Position numbers and translations under genes: made by a program. The notes beneath the pieces are model-generated. The model worked only from the letters and a program-made list of their open reading frames with translations. It was not told the origin of the DNA and ran no database searches. A stretch of DNA of 64,000 nt from Conexivisphaerales archaeon (GTDB lineage: Archaea; Thermoproteota; Nitrososphaeria; Conexivisphaerales; DTJL01): assembly GCA_038728585.1 (NCBI GenBank), contig JAVYTR010000002.1, positions 228,354 through 292,353 of the forward strand, in the 5' to 3' direction. Numbering within the stretch: the stretch's first letter is position 1; every line of letters begins with the position of its first letter. Below are positions 36,124 to 44,677 of this stretch, piece by piece.

Positions 36124-37494
36124 TTACAAAGAGAAAGATATAGCACTCATTGGAGGTATCTCTGTCGAAGAATCGGTATAAGATATTCTATCATTCATGA
36201 CCTTCTGATCAGTGATGTCAGTTGCATTGTATGTTTTAAGGGATAGGGGTAATTTTAGAGTGTCATTTCTTACGTTTCGGATCAGAATCTCATCATGAAA
36301 GGTGAGTATAGAGTAGCCCTCACTGTAGAGCTGCGAAAGCTCTGAAACAGTGAGGTAATTTACATGCGAATCTTCACTAAGAAATTTAAGAAACTTGTAC
36401 AATCTGTTTCTACCTTTATCCGCCAAAACGGGGTTTACACCTGTTACATAATTGACTCTGTGTGTGTCTATAACTGCTGGAAATCCACTTTTAGACACAT
36501 ATTCGAAAGCTTCAAAAGCATAATCAAGGTCATCGTTCATTTCAAGCCAGATATTTCTGAGAATTTTTGTAATCACTATCTGAATCAGCATTGCAGTCTT
36601 CATGGCACCGAACGGTGCTAGAGATATCTTATGGGGCGGGAAAACGGCCCCTGCTAACCTAGTCTTCTCGCTTTGGATAAAACGTATACCGCACTTCAGG
36701 AAGGCCAGCTCAGTCGCCGCATTCCAAACATCGTGTGGAGGTATAGTCGCAAGTGGCTTATAACCGAATAATGCGCCAAATAACCTACACCCCTTCGATA
36801 CGTAAGCATGTTGATTGGTATAACTTTCGAATATGCCTCTCTTTTGATCGAATACATATTCCGAGACGGCTGTCCCTTTTCTCTCATAGTTAACCATACT
36901 CATCTCAAAGAAATCCTTCGATATTTTATCGGCGTTCCTTAACGAATTCAGCCATACCTTAAAGTTAAAGTGGGCAAGCCCATGGTATTCTGGCCTCCAT
37001 ACTTTGAGATGCATTCCTTCCTTCCAGCCACGGAGGACGGGCCCTCTGTCGTTCCAACCGTCAGGGAACCCCTGTGAAATAGGAATGTCTATATACATAC
37101 TAAAATTACTTTTTTCGATACTCTTGAAGTCGGGATTTGACATGACATAGTTCGCCGTAAATATAGGAGACCTGCCAAGAGAGTCTTTGAACGATCTCAG
37201 AACGGAGTAGAGTGACGTTAAATCTTCGTAGCTTTCTAGTGTGTTGCTATATTTCATTCTATTTGCTGACTCTTCTCCTTGATGCTCAATCTCCAATACC
37301 CTACGAAGCGAATTTCTGTCCTTCATTTCTCCACACATCCCCCAGTCATCGCTTTCAAACGTAACTGCGTGTATTCCCATTGAGACGATCTTTTCTCTGT
37401 ACGGTAAAGGAAGAAACGTCTTCTGCGTGTATACTGACCGCCGAGTCAACGAAAACCTACGTAAGTCCCTTTTTATTTTGTATATGTCTCCCAT
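36124..37494 (-). CDS. hypothetical enzyme, possibly a divergent polysaccharide deacetylase (NodB/DUF2334-like)
   Basis: 456 aa. 'VTFESDDWG' resembles NodB motif 1 (TFDD) and 'PEYHGLAH' resembles the H-x3-H metal motif. This is a weak motif-level call only. Confidence 0.35.
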   Translation of the reverse strand: MGDIYKIKRDLRRFSLTRRSVYTQKTFLPLPYREKIVSMGIHAVTFESDDWGMCGEMKDRNSLRRVLEIEHQGEESANRMKYSNTLESYEDLTSLYSVLRSFKDSLGRSPIFTANYVMSNPDFKSIEKSNFSMYIDIPISQGFPDGWNDRGPVLRGWKEGMHLKVWRPEYHGLAHFNFKVWLNSLRNADKISKDFFEMSMVNYERKGTAVSEYVFDQKRGIFESYTNQHAYVSKGCRLFGALFGYKPLATIPPHDVWNAATELAFLKCGIRFIQSEKTRLAGAVFPPHKISLAPFGAMKTAMLIQIVITKILRNIWLEMNDDLDYAFEAFEYVSKSGFPAVIDTHRVNYVTGVNPVLADKGRNRLYKFLKFLSEDSHVNYLTVSELSQLYSEGYSILTFHDEILIRNVRNDTLKLPLSLKTYNATDITDQKVMNDRISYTDSSTEIPPMSAISFSL

Positions 37495-37500
37495 CTAGTC

Positions 37501-38547
37501 TCATTCCAGTTTGCAATAATAGTCGTGGATACTCTTGGACATTGTCTCAACCGAAAATTTTTCCTTCACGATGTTTCTGCCTTCCACACCCATTTCTTTC
37601 CGCAAGGAGGGATTAAACGCAAGTTCGACTAGGGCATCTGCAATATCATCAGGAGAATGTGGAGGGACAAGAATACCTGTCTTGTAGTGAACTATCGATT
37701 CAGGAATGCCTCCAACCCTGCAAGCAACCACAGGTTTCGCCATCGACATGGCCTCAAGCGGCACTAGGCCGAAGGGTTCAAATGTGCTTGGAAAACATAC
37801 TACGTCTGAACTCGCATAATACGAAGGTAACTCTTCCTCTTTGACCAGACCAACCATCGACACATACTTTTCGAGGTCTAGCTCGTTCACTCTTCTCCGA
37901 ATGGCATCACCAAGCTTTCCCTTGCCGCATATTATCAGGTGAACTGCTTTTGCCCTATGCTTTGCCCTGCCGATGGCTTCTATCAAGTCGAAGAGGCCTT
38001 TATTCCAGGCGAGCCTTCCAACAAAAAGGACAACAAACTTTTGCTCAAGGCCCAGCTTCCTACGGATGATGTTGCCATCCACTGATGGACTGAAAAACGA
38101 AGTGTCTACTCCACAGTATACAGTGACTATTCTTGCCCTATTACCTGTGAACCTTCGAAATCTTTCTTCGACATATTTTGAGATAGTAATACAAAGGTCC
38201 ATCCTAGAAACCAGTTGCTTCATAGCTTCTCTTTCTGGTGCAACGCTCCACCACCCTGACTCTCCTCCAAATCCATGAACCGTTACTACGGTTCGCGTAC
38301 TTGTCATGACCTTTGCCAAAAGAGATACTATTATAGGATTGAACGACTGTAATCCGTGTATGTGTGTAATGTCCTGATTTGAAATCAGTCTCCTCAGAAA
38401 ATATAGAAATGTGCTCGGATTATCGGCATCTATCTTGGGTAAAATGTGAACTTCGTTTCCAAGTCTTGCTAGACCTGAAGCGAGTGACCGAACATGTGAA
38501 CTTATCCCACCTATGGGTTTATTCGGTCCTACAAGTATTACCTTCAT
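37501..38547 (-). CDS. family 4 glycosyltransferase
   Basis: 'IGGISSHVRSLA' N-terminus and 'PSTFEPFGLVPLEAMSMAKPVVACRVGG'. Confidence 0.85.
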   Translation of the reverse strand: MKVILVGPNKPIGGISSHVRSLASGLARLGNEVHILPKIDADNPSTFLYFLRRLISNQDITHIHGLQSFNPIIVSLLAKVMTSTRTVVTVHGFGGESGWWSVAPEREAMKQLVSRMDLCITISKYVEERFRRFTGNRARIVTVYCGVDTSFFSPSVDGNIIRRKLGLEQKFVVLFVGRLAWNKGLFDLIEAIGRAKHRAKAVHLIICGKGKLGDAIRRRVNELDLEKYVSMVGLVKEEELPSYYASSDVVCFPSTFEPFGLVPLEAMSMAKPVVACRVGGIPESIVHYKTGILVPPHSPDDIADALVELAFNPSLRKEMGVEGRNIVKEKFSVETMSKSIHDYYCKLE

Positions 38548-38593
38548 GAGTTACAAAAGATAACCGATTTAACGAAGACGTAGCTCGGGAAGA

Positions 38594-39844
38594 TTAACGA
38601 GCGATACGGCGCATCAACCAGTCTCTAACCCATGACACTGAGTGGGCATACGGTAGTTCTACTAGAAAACATTCTGAGTTTTTGCAGAATGACTGCATAA
38701 TCTGAATTATTCTTTCCCTTATCGACTCTTCTTGTCTTAGAAAATCTTCTCCTTTTGCAGTCGATGGTGATAACAAATATTGGTTGTGTCTCCAATGCCC
38801 AGCTTCAAATTCCCAAAACAGTTCCGCCGCAAGTGTGTTTCCAGATTCATATGAATCTGAAAGTCTGATCCTAGGCTCCGAGAGGCTGGTTCTCTTTATG
38901 ATAATCAAAGTAGAAAGGCTACAGGCATCTTTCGTATTCGCTTCTTTGAATAATTGGTTGATATGCACTCGTGATCTGTGTCTCAGAAACTCAGATGGGT
39001 GATGCTTTAATAAATAAGCGTTGAATATTCTTCGAATATAGTCTTTATGATCGACAAGACTTGATAACGAACCGGATATTAGGTTCAGATGCTGGGACTG
39101 GAGGCGTATAGGCTCAGGATATGAGAGTATGTTCCCGCTGTTATCAGCTATTACCAAGTCTTCCCCCAAGTAGGAGAAACCACTCTTCAAGAGCTCGAGC
39201 AAAAGTGTTGTCTTTCCCACATGACCACTTCCCGCGATTAGTATTCCTTCTTCTTTAAAGCAGGCCGCCGATGCATGAACAAGTGTAGCGTTAGTTCTAG
39301 GTAATCTATAATATAGAAATGGCTCCAGCATAGAAAGCCTCAACTTTGCTCCTTCCTCTTCAATTTTCTCTTCAACGACGGCAGCATCTCCCATCGCAGC
39401 GAGTAACGCCCTCACTCCATGGAGCCTTACTAAGGAATGTAACAGAGATTTTAGCCTGTCTTCCCTGCCTGGCATATTAGGAAAATATACTGTAATTGAA
39501 ACGTCAGAGGCTCTAACGTCACCTTGAATTACATATTCTATCGCCTGTCTATCTGTAACTTTCCAAGTGTGGTTTCGGAAGACGGTTGTATACTCTGTAT
39601 CAGGATCAAACAGGATCCTGTCTCCAACTGTGTAACCTGACGGTCTCCATTCGTCAGATGGAAGTCTGCCAAGTACAATATGCAAATCAGCCGCACTGAA
39701 CGATTGATTACACCTGAATGTTTGAAGCGTTGAATCTAATATTTGGCCTATAGGACTGTTGGACCCAGTAATTTTCACTGTTACCAAGTCGTGAATATTG
39801 TAGAAAGCAATTGCTCCTGAATCATTGGACAAGATTATTGACAC
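38594..39844 (-). CDS. HPr kinase/phosphorylase-like P-loop protein with an unassigned ~190-aa N-terminal domain
   Basis: 'GILIAGSGHVGKTTLLLELLKSGFSYLGEDLVIADNSG' parallels the HprK C-terminal-domain core '[32 protein letters not shown]' (B. subtilis HprK core quoted from memory). 23-nt overlap with the upstream GT2. Confidence 0.6.
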   Translation of the reverse strand: MSIILSNDSGAIAFYNIHDLVTVKITGSNSPIGQILDSTLQTFRCNQSFSAADLHIVLGRLPSDEWRPSGYTVGDRILFDPDTEYTTVFRNHTWKVTDRQAIEYVIQGDVRASDVSITVYFPNMPGREDRLKSLLHSLVRLHGVRALLAAMGDAAVVEEKIEEEGAKLRLSMLEPFLYYRLPRTNATLVHASAACFKEEGILIAGSGHVGKTTLLLELLKSGFSYLGEDLVIADNSGNILSYPEPIRLQSQHLNLISGSLSSLVDHKDYIRRIFNAYLLKHHPSEFLRHRSRVHINQLFKEANTKDACSLSTLIIIKRTSLSEPRIRLSDSYESGNTLAAELFWEFEAGHWRHNQYLLSPSTAKGEDFLRQEESIRERIIQIMQSFCKNSECFLVELPYAHSVSWVRDWLMRRIAR

Positions 39845-40631
39845 CCATAAGCAATCTGTACAGCATAGCCTCTCTGACTAGCTCCTTGGCTTGTGGCCAA
39901 TAAGAACGAGAATCTATGAAGTATCTTGGGTCTACAGACCAGAACGAAAAATTGGTTTGATACCTATGCATAAACAGAGTGGAGAGTTTAGCTACCAAAA
40001 GAATCATTTTCTGCGAATAGCCAATCTCTTCATTCTTGTCGAATATTTTATGACCGACCCGTAAATTTTCCCTGTACCTGATATATCTGTACTTTAACAT
40101 GTGAAGAAGATTTTTTCTTTCTGGATGCGGATTGGATTCTGCAACCATTGGGAAGATCGTCCATCGATACAGTCCTTGCACGGCAGCCCTTCTGCACAAT
40201 TCCCAGTTTTCCCTGAACTGTAAATCCCTCCAGCCACCGAGTTCCAGAAGTATGTGTCGGGGGGCTATGATAGTCGCTTCGCCGGCTCCAGCCAGTACCA
40301 AGCTGTTACATTTGTCATGATAGAATCTCAAAAGATGTTGAAGCGAAGGATTAAATTTGTCATCCATATCAAGGCCAGATATTACATATTCACCATTGCT
40401 GGCTGTTAGAGCTATCTGTCTACCTTTACCTCTAGAGCATTTAACTGATATTAATTTTATCTTTCCGTTGTCATGATAACTCTTCAGTATCTTCTCTGAA
40501 CCATCATTGCTCATATTATCGACAACTACAATTTCTGAGTCGTCTGGTAGCTGTGCAGTGATCGCTTCAAGGGCATCTCTTATCGTATTGACTGTGTTAT
40601 AATTTGTAATGCAGATGCTATACCTTACCAA
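39822..40631 (-). CDS. small family 2 glycosyltransferase (same subfamily as 30398 and 57544)
   Basis: 'YSICITNYNT', 'IVVVDNMSNDGS', 'SGLDMDD' and 'LGGWRDLQFRENWELCRRAA'. It is the first gene of a minus-strand operon, divergent from the FMN oxidase gene. Confidence 0.8.
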   Translation of the reverse strand: MVRYSICITNYNTVNTIRDALEAITAQLPDDSEIVVVDNMSNDGSEKILKSYHDNGKIKLISVKCSRGKGRQIALTASNGEYVISGLDMDDKFNPSLQHLLRFYHDKCNSLVLAGAGEATIIAPRHILLELGGWRDLQFRENWELCRRAAVQGLYRWTIFPMVAESNPHPERKNLLHMLKYRYIRYRENLRVGHKIFDKNEEIGYSQKMILLVAKLSTLFMHRYQTNFSFWSVDPRYFIDSRSYWPQAKELVREAMLYRLLMGVNNLVQ

Positions 40632-40686
40632 AACCAGAACTCATCCTTTTGACAAGTATTGTTAATAATAACACTATAAGATCTGT

Positions 40687-41781
40687 ATGCGGTTGGAGCT
40701 GGACTTACTCACTTTCGAAAGCTGGAGAGAAATGGCCAAGAAGAAGCTGGGGGATGAGAAGTTTTCATATGTTTCTTCAGGTGCAGGGTACGGTCTTACT
40801 ATAGAAGAAAACTATAGAGCACTCGAAAGGTTGAAGTTCGTTCCGAGAGTAATGAAAAGCGCTGACTGTAGTATTTCTTCGAAGCTCTTTGAAAAAACAA
40901 TCAGTGCTCCAATTATACTGGCGCCAGTAAGAGGTCTCAAGTACTTTCATGAAGAGGGCGAAATTGCCTCGAGCAGTGCAGCCAAAGAATCTGGCATACC
41001 AGTTGCATTGAGTAATTTTGCTTCAGCCAGCATTGAAGAGGTAGGCAAAATCATGGGTGAGGTGCCGCACTTCCTTCAGTTGTATGCCTGCAAAGATGAG
41101 GAGGTCATGGAGAGCTTTCTAAAGAGAGCCGAAAGTAATGGATATTGTGGTGTATTTGTAACTGTTGATATGGGTGGCAATGCTATCAAGTACTTTGGCC
41201 CAAAGACAGCAGAATACGAGAGATACGGATTTGACGTATATTTCACGGACCCAGTGTTCAGGTCAAGGCTCAAGCAACCCCCCGAAAAGGATATGGATTC
41301 TGCCATTAGGCTGTGGAAAGAGCTCAGAAGTTTGAAGTTTTCGTGGGAGCAGATCAGAGAGCTGAAGTCCAAAAGTAGGTTGCCTATAATTGTAAAGGGG
41401 ATCATGCATCCGGGAGATGCAGAAGAATGTTTACAGTTAGGAGTCGACGGATTGGTTGTTTCCAACCATGGAGGAAGAAGTATTGATTCGGCGCAGGCTG
41501 CCATTGATGCCCTGCCTGAAATATCAGAAGTGGTCAACAAGAGAGCAACTGTATTTTTTGACAGTGGTGTCCGGACAGGCATGGACGTCGTGAAGGCGCT
41601 GGCTCTTGGAGCCAAGTACGTTCTCATAGGAAGAGCCTACGTCTATGCCTTGGCAGCGGGAGGAAAGGAAGGAGTAAAAGCAGTCCTGAGAAGACTAGCA
41701 AAGGAAGTGGAATCGACAATTTTGAGCTTGGGAATCTCCAAAATCGATGAAGTTGATAGCAGTATGCTAAGGCATGCATAA
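40687..41781 (+). CDS. FMN-dependent alpha-hydroxy acid oxidase/dehydrogenase (lactate/glycolate oxidase family)
   Basis: 'LKFVPRVMKSADCSISSKLFEKTISAPIILAPV', 'IIVKGIMHPGDAE' and 'LVVSNHGGRSIDSAQAAIDALPEI' are typical of the FMN_dh TIM barrel. Confidence 0.85.
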   Translation: MRLELDLLTFESWREMAKKKLGDEKFSYVSSGAGYGLTIEENYRALERLKFVPRVMKSADCSISSKLFEKTISAPIILAPVRGLKYFHEEGEIASSSAAKESGIPVALSNFASASIEEVGKIMGEVPHFLQLYACKDEEVMESFLKRAESNGYCGVFVTVDMGGNAIKYFGPKTAEYERYGFDVYFTDPVFRSRLKQPPEKDMDSAIRLWKELRSLKFSWEQIRELKSKSRLPIIVKGIMHPGDAEECLQLGVDGLVVSNHGGRSIDSAQAAIDALPEISEVVNKRATVFFDSGVRTGMDVVKALALGAKYVLIGRAYVYALAAGGKEGVKAVLRRLAKEVESTILSLGISKIDEVDSSMLRHA

Positions 41782-41788
41782 ACTACCC

Positions 41789-42682
41789 TTATTGAAATCG
41801 CGATAACAGAAGCTTTACCATACCGGCTTCCCTAATTTCAGCCATCGAAGCGTTCAAATCCTGAAGTAGACATTCCTCGTATAGCATCTTTCTGACCTCT
41901 ATTTTGAGAGCAACCTTTCTTGTCAATTCATACAGGGCAAAGAAGGTGATGCTCGCAGTATCCGGGAGAATTGTTTGGAAATAAGGTCTCATTAAATCCT
42001 CTCTAAGAAGCATTCTAGGGTCCAAATCCGCAATAAGATTTACGAGGTCAACTGGAGGCTCATCCTGTGAAGAAAGCGTAAAATCGATCAAATGAAAATC
42101 TCCATTTTTGTCTATCAATATGTTACCATGCCAAAAGTCTCCATGTAATATGGAGCTCTGAATTTCGTTATCTGGGGAAAGCCTATCCATGCGTTGTAAA
42201 ATTCCATCAAACCTGAAGAACTCAGACGCAACCTTGAGATTCTTTTCAGTTCTTTTGATAAACTCTTCAGGTATCAGCTTTTTTCCCGGAGTCTTTAAAC
42301 TTGGGCTGGTCAGCCAAGGTTTCAGTAACCCATAAGCTCTCGATACAGTACTGGATGAAGATAGGGTATGACCATCGATGAAACTCTCAACGAGGTAGTA
42401 CCTGTTGCCTATGTAACCGTCTGCTATTATCCGGGGTACATGACCTGTCTTCCTATCGAGAAAGACCTTTATGTTCTCAGCTTCCCGTCTTAGATATGTA
42501 GAACATTTTGTTGAGTTACTGATTTTCACAAAGTACTTCGCTGAACCTCTGGATGTTCTGTAACTTACGGCAAATTTAGAAGATACAAGGTCATATCCAC
42601 CCGTTGGATATAGAAAGAAACGTGTTTTGGGACCGTTCAATCCTTCCCTTATTGCTATTTCTTGGGATATAACTTCTATCAT
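41789..42682 (-). CDS. APH/choline-kinase-fold small-molecule kinase
   Basis: Catalytic loop 'ILHGDFWHGNILID' (HGDxxxxN) and metal-binding 'HLIDFTLS'; 297 aa. Confidence 0.7.
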   Translation of the reverse strand: MIEVISQEIAIREGLNGPKTRFFLYPTGGYDLVSSKFAVSYRTSRGSAKYFVKISNSTKCSTYLRREAENIKVFLDRKTGHVPRIIADGYIGNRYYLVESFIDGHTLSSSSTVSRAYGLLKPWLTSPSLKTPGKKLIPEEFIKRTEKNLKVASEFFRFDGILQRMDRLSPDNEIQSSILHGDFWHGNILIDKNGDFHLIDFTLSSQDEPPVDLVNLIADLDPRMLLREDLMRPYFQTILPDTASITFFALYELTRKVALKIEVRKMLYEECLLQDLNASMAEIREAGMVKLLLSRFQ

Positions 42683-43443
42683 CTTGCTTTCAGCACCAGA
42701 TAATGTGAAGGTTCTTCTTTTTTCATGACCCAGAGAAGTCTTTTAGCAAGACGCTCAATCTGTCCTGCACTACGAAACTGAATCGATTCATACTCGGAAT
42801 AGTCATCAGTTATGACCCTAGGGTTGTCCAAGTTGGGATAGATCTTGTATGTACGCAAGAGAAGAAATCCCTCGTTGCTCTTCAATAGCTCAAGAACACA
42901 ATGCTTGGTCAGTTTTGAAGCAGCCAGTATAAATTGCCCATCAGGCCGCATAGCAGTTCTTAAGTCAGTCAGTGTCTGTGTCAATTTCTGACAATTTTTG
43001 CTGCTTAGGGTTGATAGATATGACTCGTCTAGAAAAGCTACATCTAAAGAATCTTCGGGAAGTGATAACTGCTGAGAGTCTGCTATAATTGGATGGAAGT
43101 TCTTTATGTTTTCCAATTGCGATATCTTGGTCAGCAGATTCAGTAAATGACGACTGGTACTTGTGCAGTTTACAATTGTCTCAGGATTTCCTCTGGCAAA
43201 AATGATGGGCATCACAGATAGCTTGTTCAGTAATATAGCGATGTTCTTGCACGGAGTAGGCTTTATTGAATCAAGTAATATTGACTTCATAACCTCAGCT
43301 CTAAAGTTCACCATCCTTCTCCAGTTATCTTTGCTTATCAGGTCCTCGAACCCGAGCAGATTTGACCTCGCTTCGTAGTTTGATAGTATGTCTTCGTCTG
43401 TAATATGGTCTATACCGGAATTAGGACCTTGCTGAAGTGTCAT
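42679..43443 (-). CDS. hypothetical protein, possibly a degenerate methyltransferase fold
   Basis: 'IIADSQQLSLPEDSLDVAFLD' and 'MRPDGQFILAA' recall MTase post-II and 'LkPGG' segments, but no GxGxG motif is present. 4-nt overlap with the downstream kinase gene. Confidence 0.35.
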   Translation of the reverse strand: MTLQQGPNSGIDHITDEDILSNYEARSNLLGFEDLISKDNWRRMVNFRAEVMKSILLDSIKPTPCKNIAILLNKLSVMPIIFARGNPETIVNCTSTSRHLLNLLTKISQLENIKNFHPIIADSQQLSLPEDSLDVAFLDESYLSTLSSKNCQKLTQTLTDLRTAMRPDGQFILAASKLTKHCVLELLKSNEGFLLLRTYKIYPNLDNPRVITDDYSEYESIQFRSAGQIERLAKRLLWVMKKEEPSHYLVLKAR

Positions 43444-43447
43444 TTCC

Positions 43448-44677
43448 TCAAAGCTGTGCCTTCTTATCTATGGTTGAATTGAATAGTCGAATGATAAGCC
43501 TCAAGACAACTCCCCAGCTGAAGTTACTGTAGACGAATCGGGTTGCAGCCATCGTTATCTTTTCGTATCTCCCTCTGTCATACCTGACGAGATTATACAG
43601 ATATGTTATTCTTTCGACCAGATCGTCCACATCACCTTTCTTGGCCAGAAAACCTGTTTCTGATGGTAATACACATTGTCTGAGGCCGGGTATATCAAAC
43701 CCGACCACTGGTGTCCCGCAGGCTTGCGCCTCGAGCGGAACTAGGGGAAACTGTTCTCTCCTACTGGGAACTATTACTACGTGGGAACGATTGTAGTAGT
43801 AAGCTAGCTTAATGTGGTCTACAAAACCTACCAATATGAAATCGTCTCTGTGCACTGATGCGAAGTAGTACAGTTCACGCATCAACGGTCCACCTTGAGT
43901 ACAGACATATAATTTGAAAGGTATGGATAAGGACTTGAGCTTGAGATAAATAGACGGTAAGAGGTTTGCACCTTTCACATCTGTCAAGGCGCCAACATAT
44001 AGAATCCTGAATTCTGAGTCGTCCTTTTCTGTAGCCTGGTAAAACTCTTTCGGATCGATCGCATTAGGGATATAATAGGCCCTGCAACCGTAATTCCTGC
44101 TTATATACCCTGTAATGTCTCTGCTTAGAACGTGTGCTCCCTTCAGTATCCCGATTCTGCTAAATAGCCTGAGAAAGAATGAATCCAAAGTAGTAGGTTT
44201 GACTTTGACATGTATACCAACCAAAACGTTTTTCCTGCCAGCCAGGGCTGCTACGAATAGTACTGGCAGCAGATGCTTTGCATGTCTCTGGCACTGAACG
44301 AAGTACACGAGATCAGAGTCTTTGATACTCCGGAAGAACGTTCGGCTTAACGGAAAGAATCTGGATGCCTCATAACACTGACTCAGGAACCCTCTAGTTT
44401 TCGCAAAACGGTAAGGGAAGCGCAACCTGAAACCTCTCAAAAATCGAATCTCCATATGACTTGGCTTTTCGTTCAAAGATATTCTCTCTAAATTTGCATT
44501 CAACCGGGCTGTAACAAATCGTCTATCGTAATCAAAATTAAGTATCTTGACCCTGACGTTTTTTGATGCAAGCAGCCCGGCAACCGCCATCAGCCACTGC
44601 TCTGACCCACGCATGTTGAAGATGGAGGAAGTGTGCACGAAAGTTATTCTGGCCGTTCTAGTGTTTGTTAAAACCAT
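43448..44677 (-). CDS. family 4 glycosyltransferase
   Basis: 'PSRREQFPLVPLEAQACGTPVVGFDIPG' and GT-B length. Confidence 0.8.
   Translation of the reverse strand: MVLTNTRTARITFVHTSSIFNMRGSEQWLMAVAGLLASKNVRVKILNFDYDRRFVTARLNANLERISLNEKPSHMEIRFLRGFRLRFPYRFAKTRGFLSQCYEASRFFPLSRTFFRSIKDSDLVYFVQCQRHAKHLLPVLFVAALAGRKNVLVGIHVKVKPTTLDSFFLRLFSRIGILKGAHVLSRDITGYISRNYGCRAYYIPNAIDPKEFYQATEKDDSEFRILYVGALTDVKGANLLPSIYLKLKSLSIPFKLYVCTQGGPLMRELYYFASVHRDDFILVGFVDHIKLAYYYNRSHVVIVPSRREQFPLVPLEAQACGTPVVGFDIPGLRQCVLPSETGFLAKKGDVDDLVERITYLYNLVRYDRGRYEKITMAATRFVYSNFSWGVVLRLIIRLFNSTIDKKAQL

Noticed and set aside
40661-40672. AT-rich 'gttaataataac' element in the 55-bp divergent region between the GT2 (40631, -) and the FMN oxidase (40687, +), considered as a shared bidirectional TATA box.
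   Set aside because: The spacing to the two start codons (~16 nt and ~30 nt) does not fit a single leaderless geometry for both genes, and the GT2 start codon (TTG) is itself uncertain. This is too speculative to annotate.
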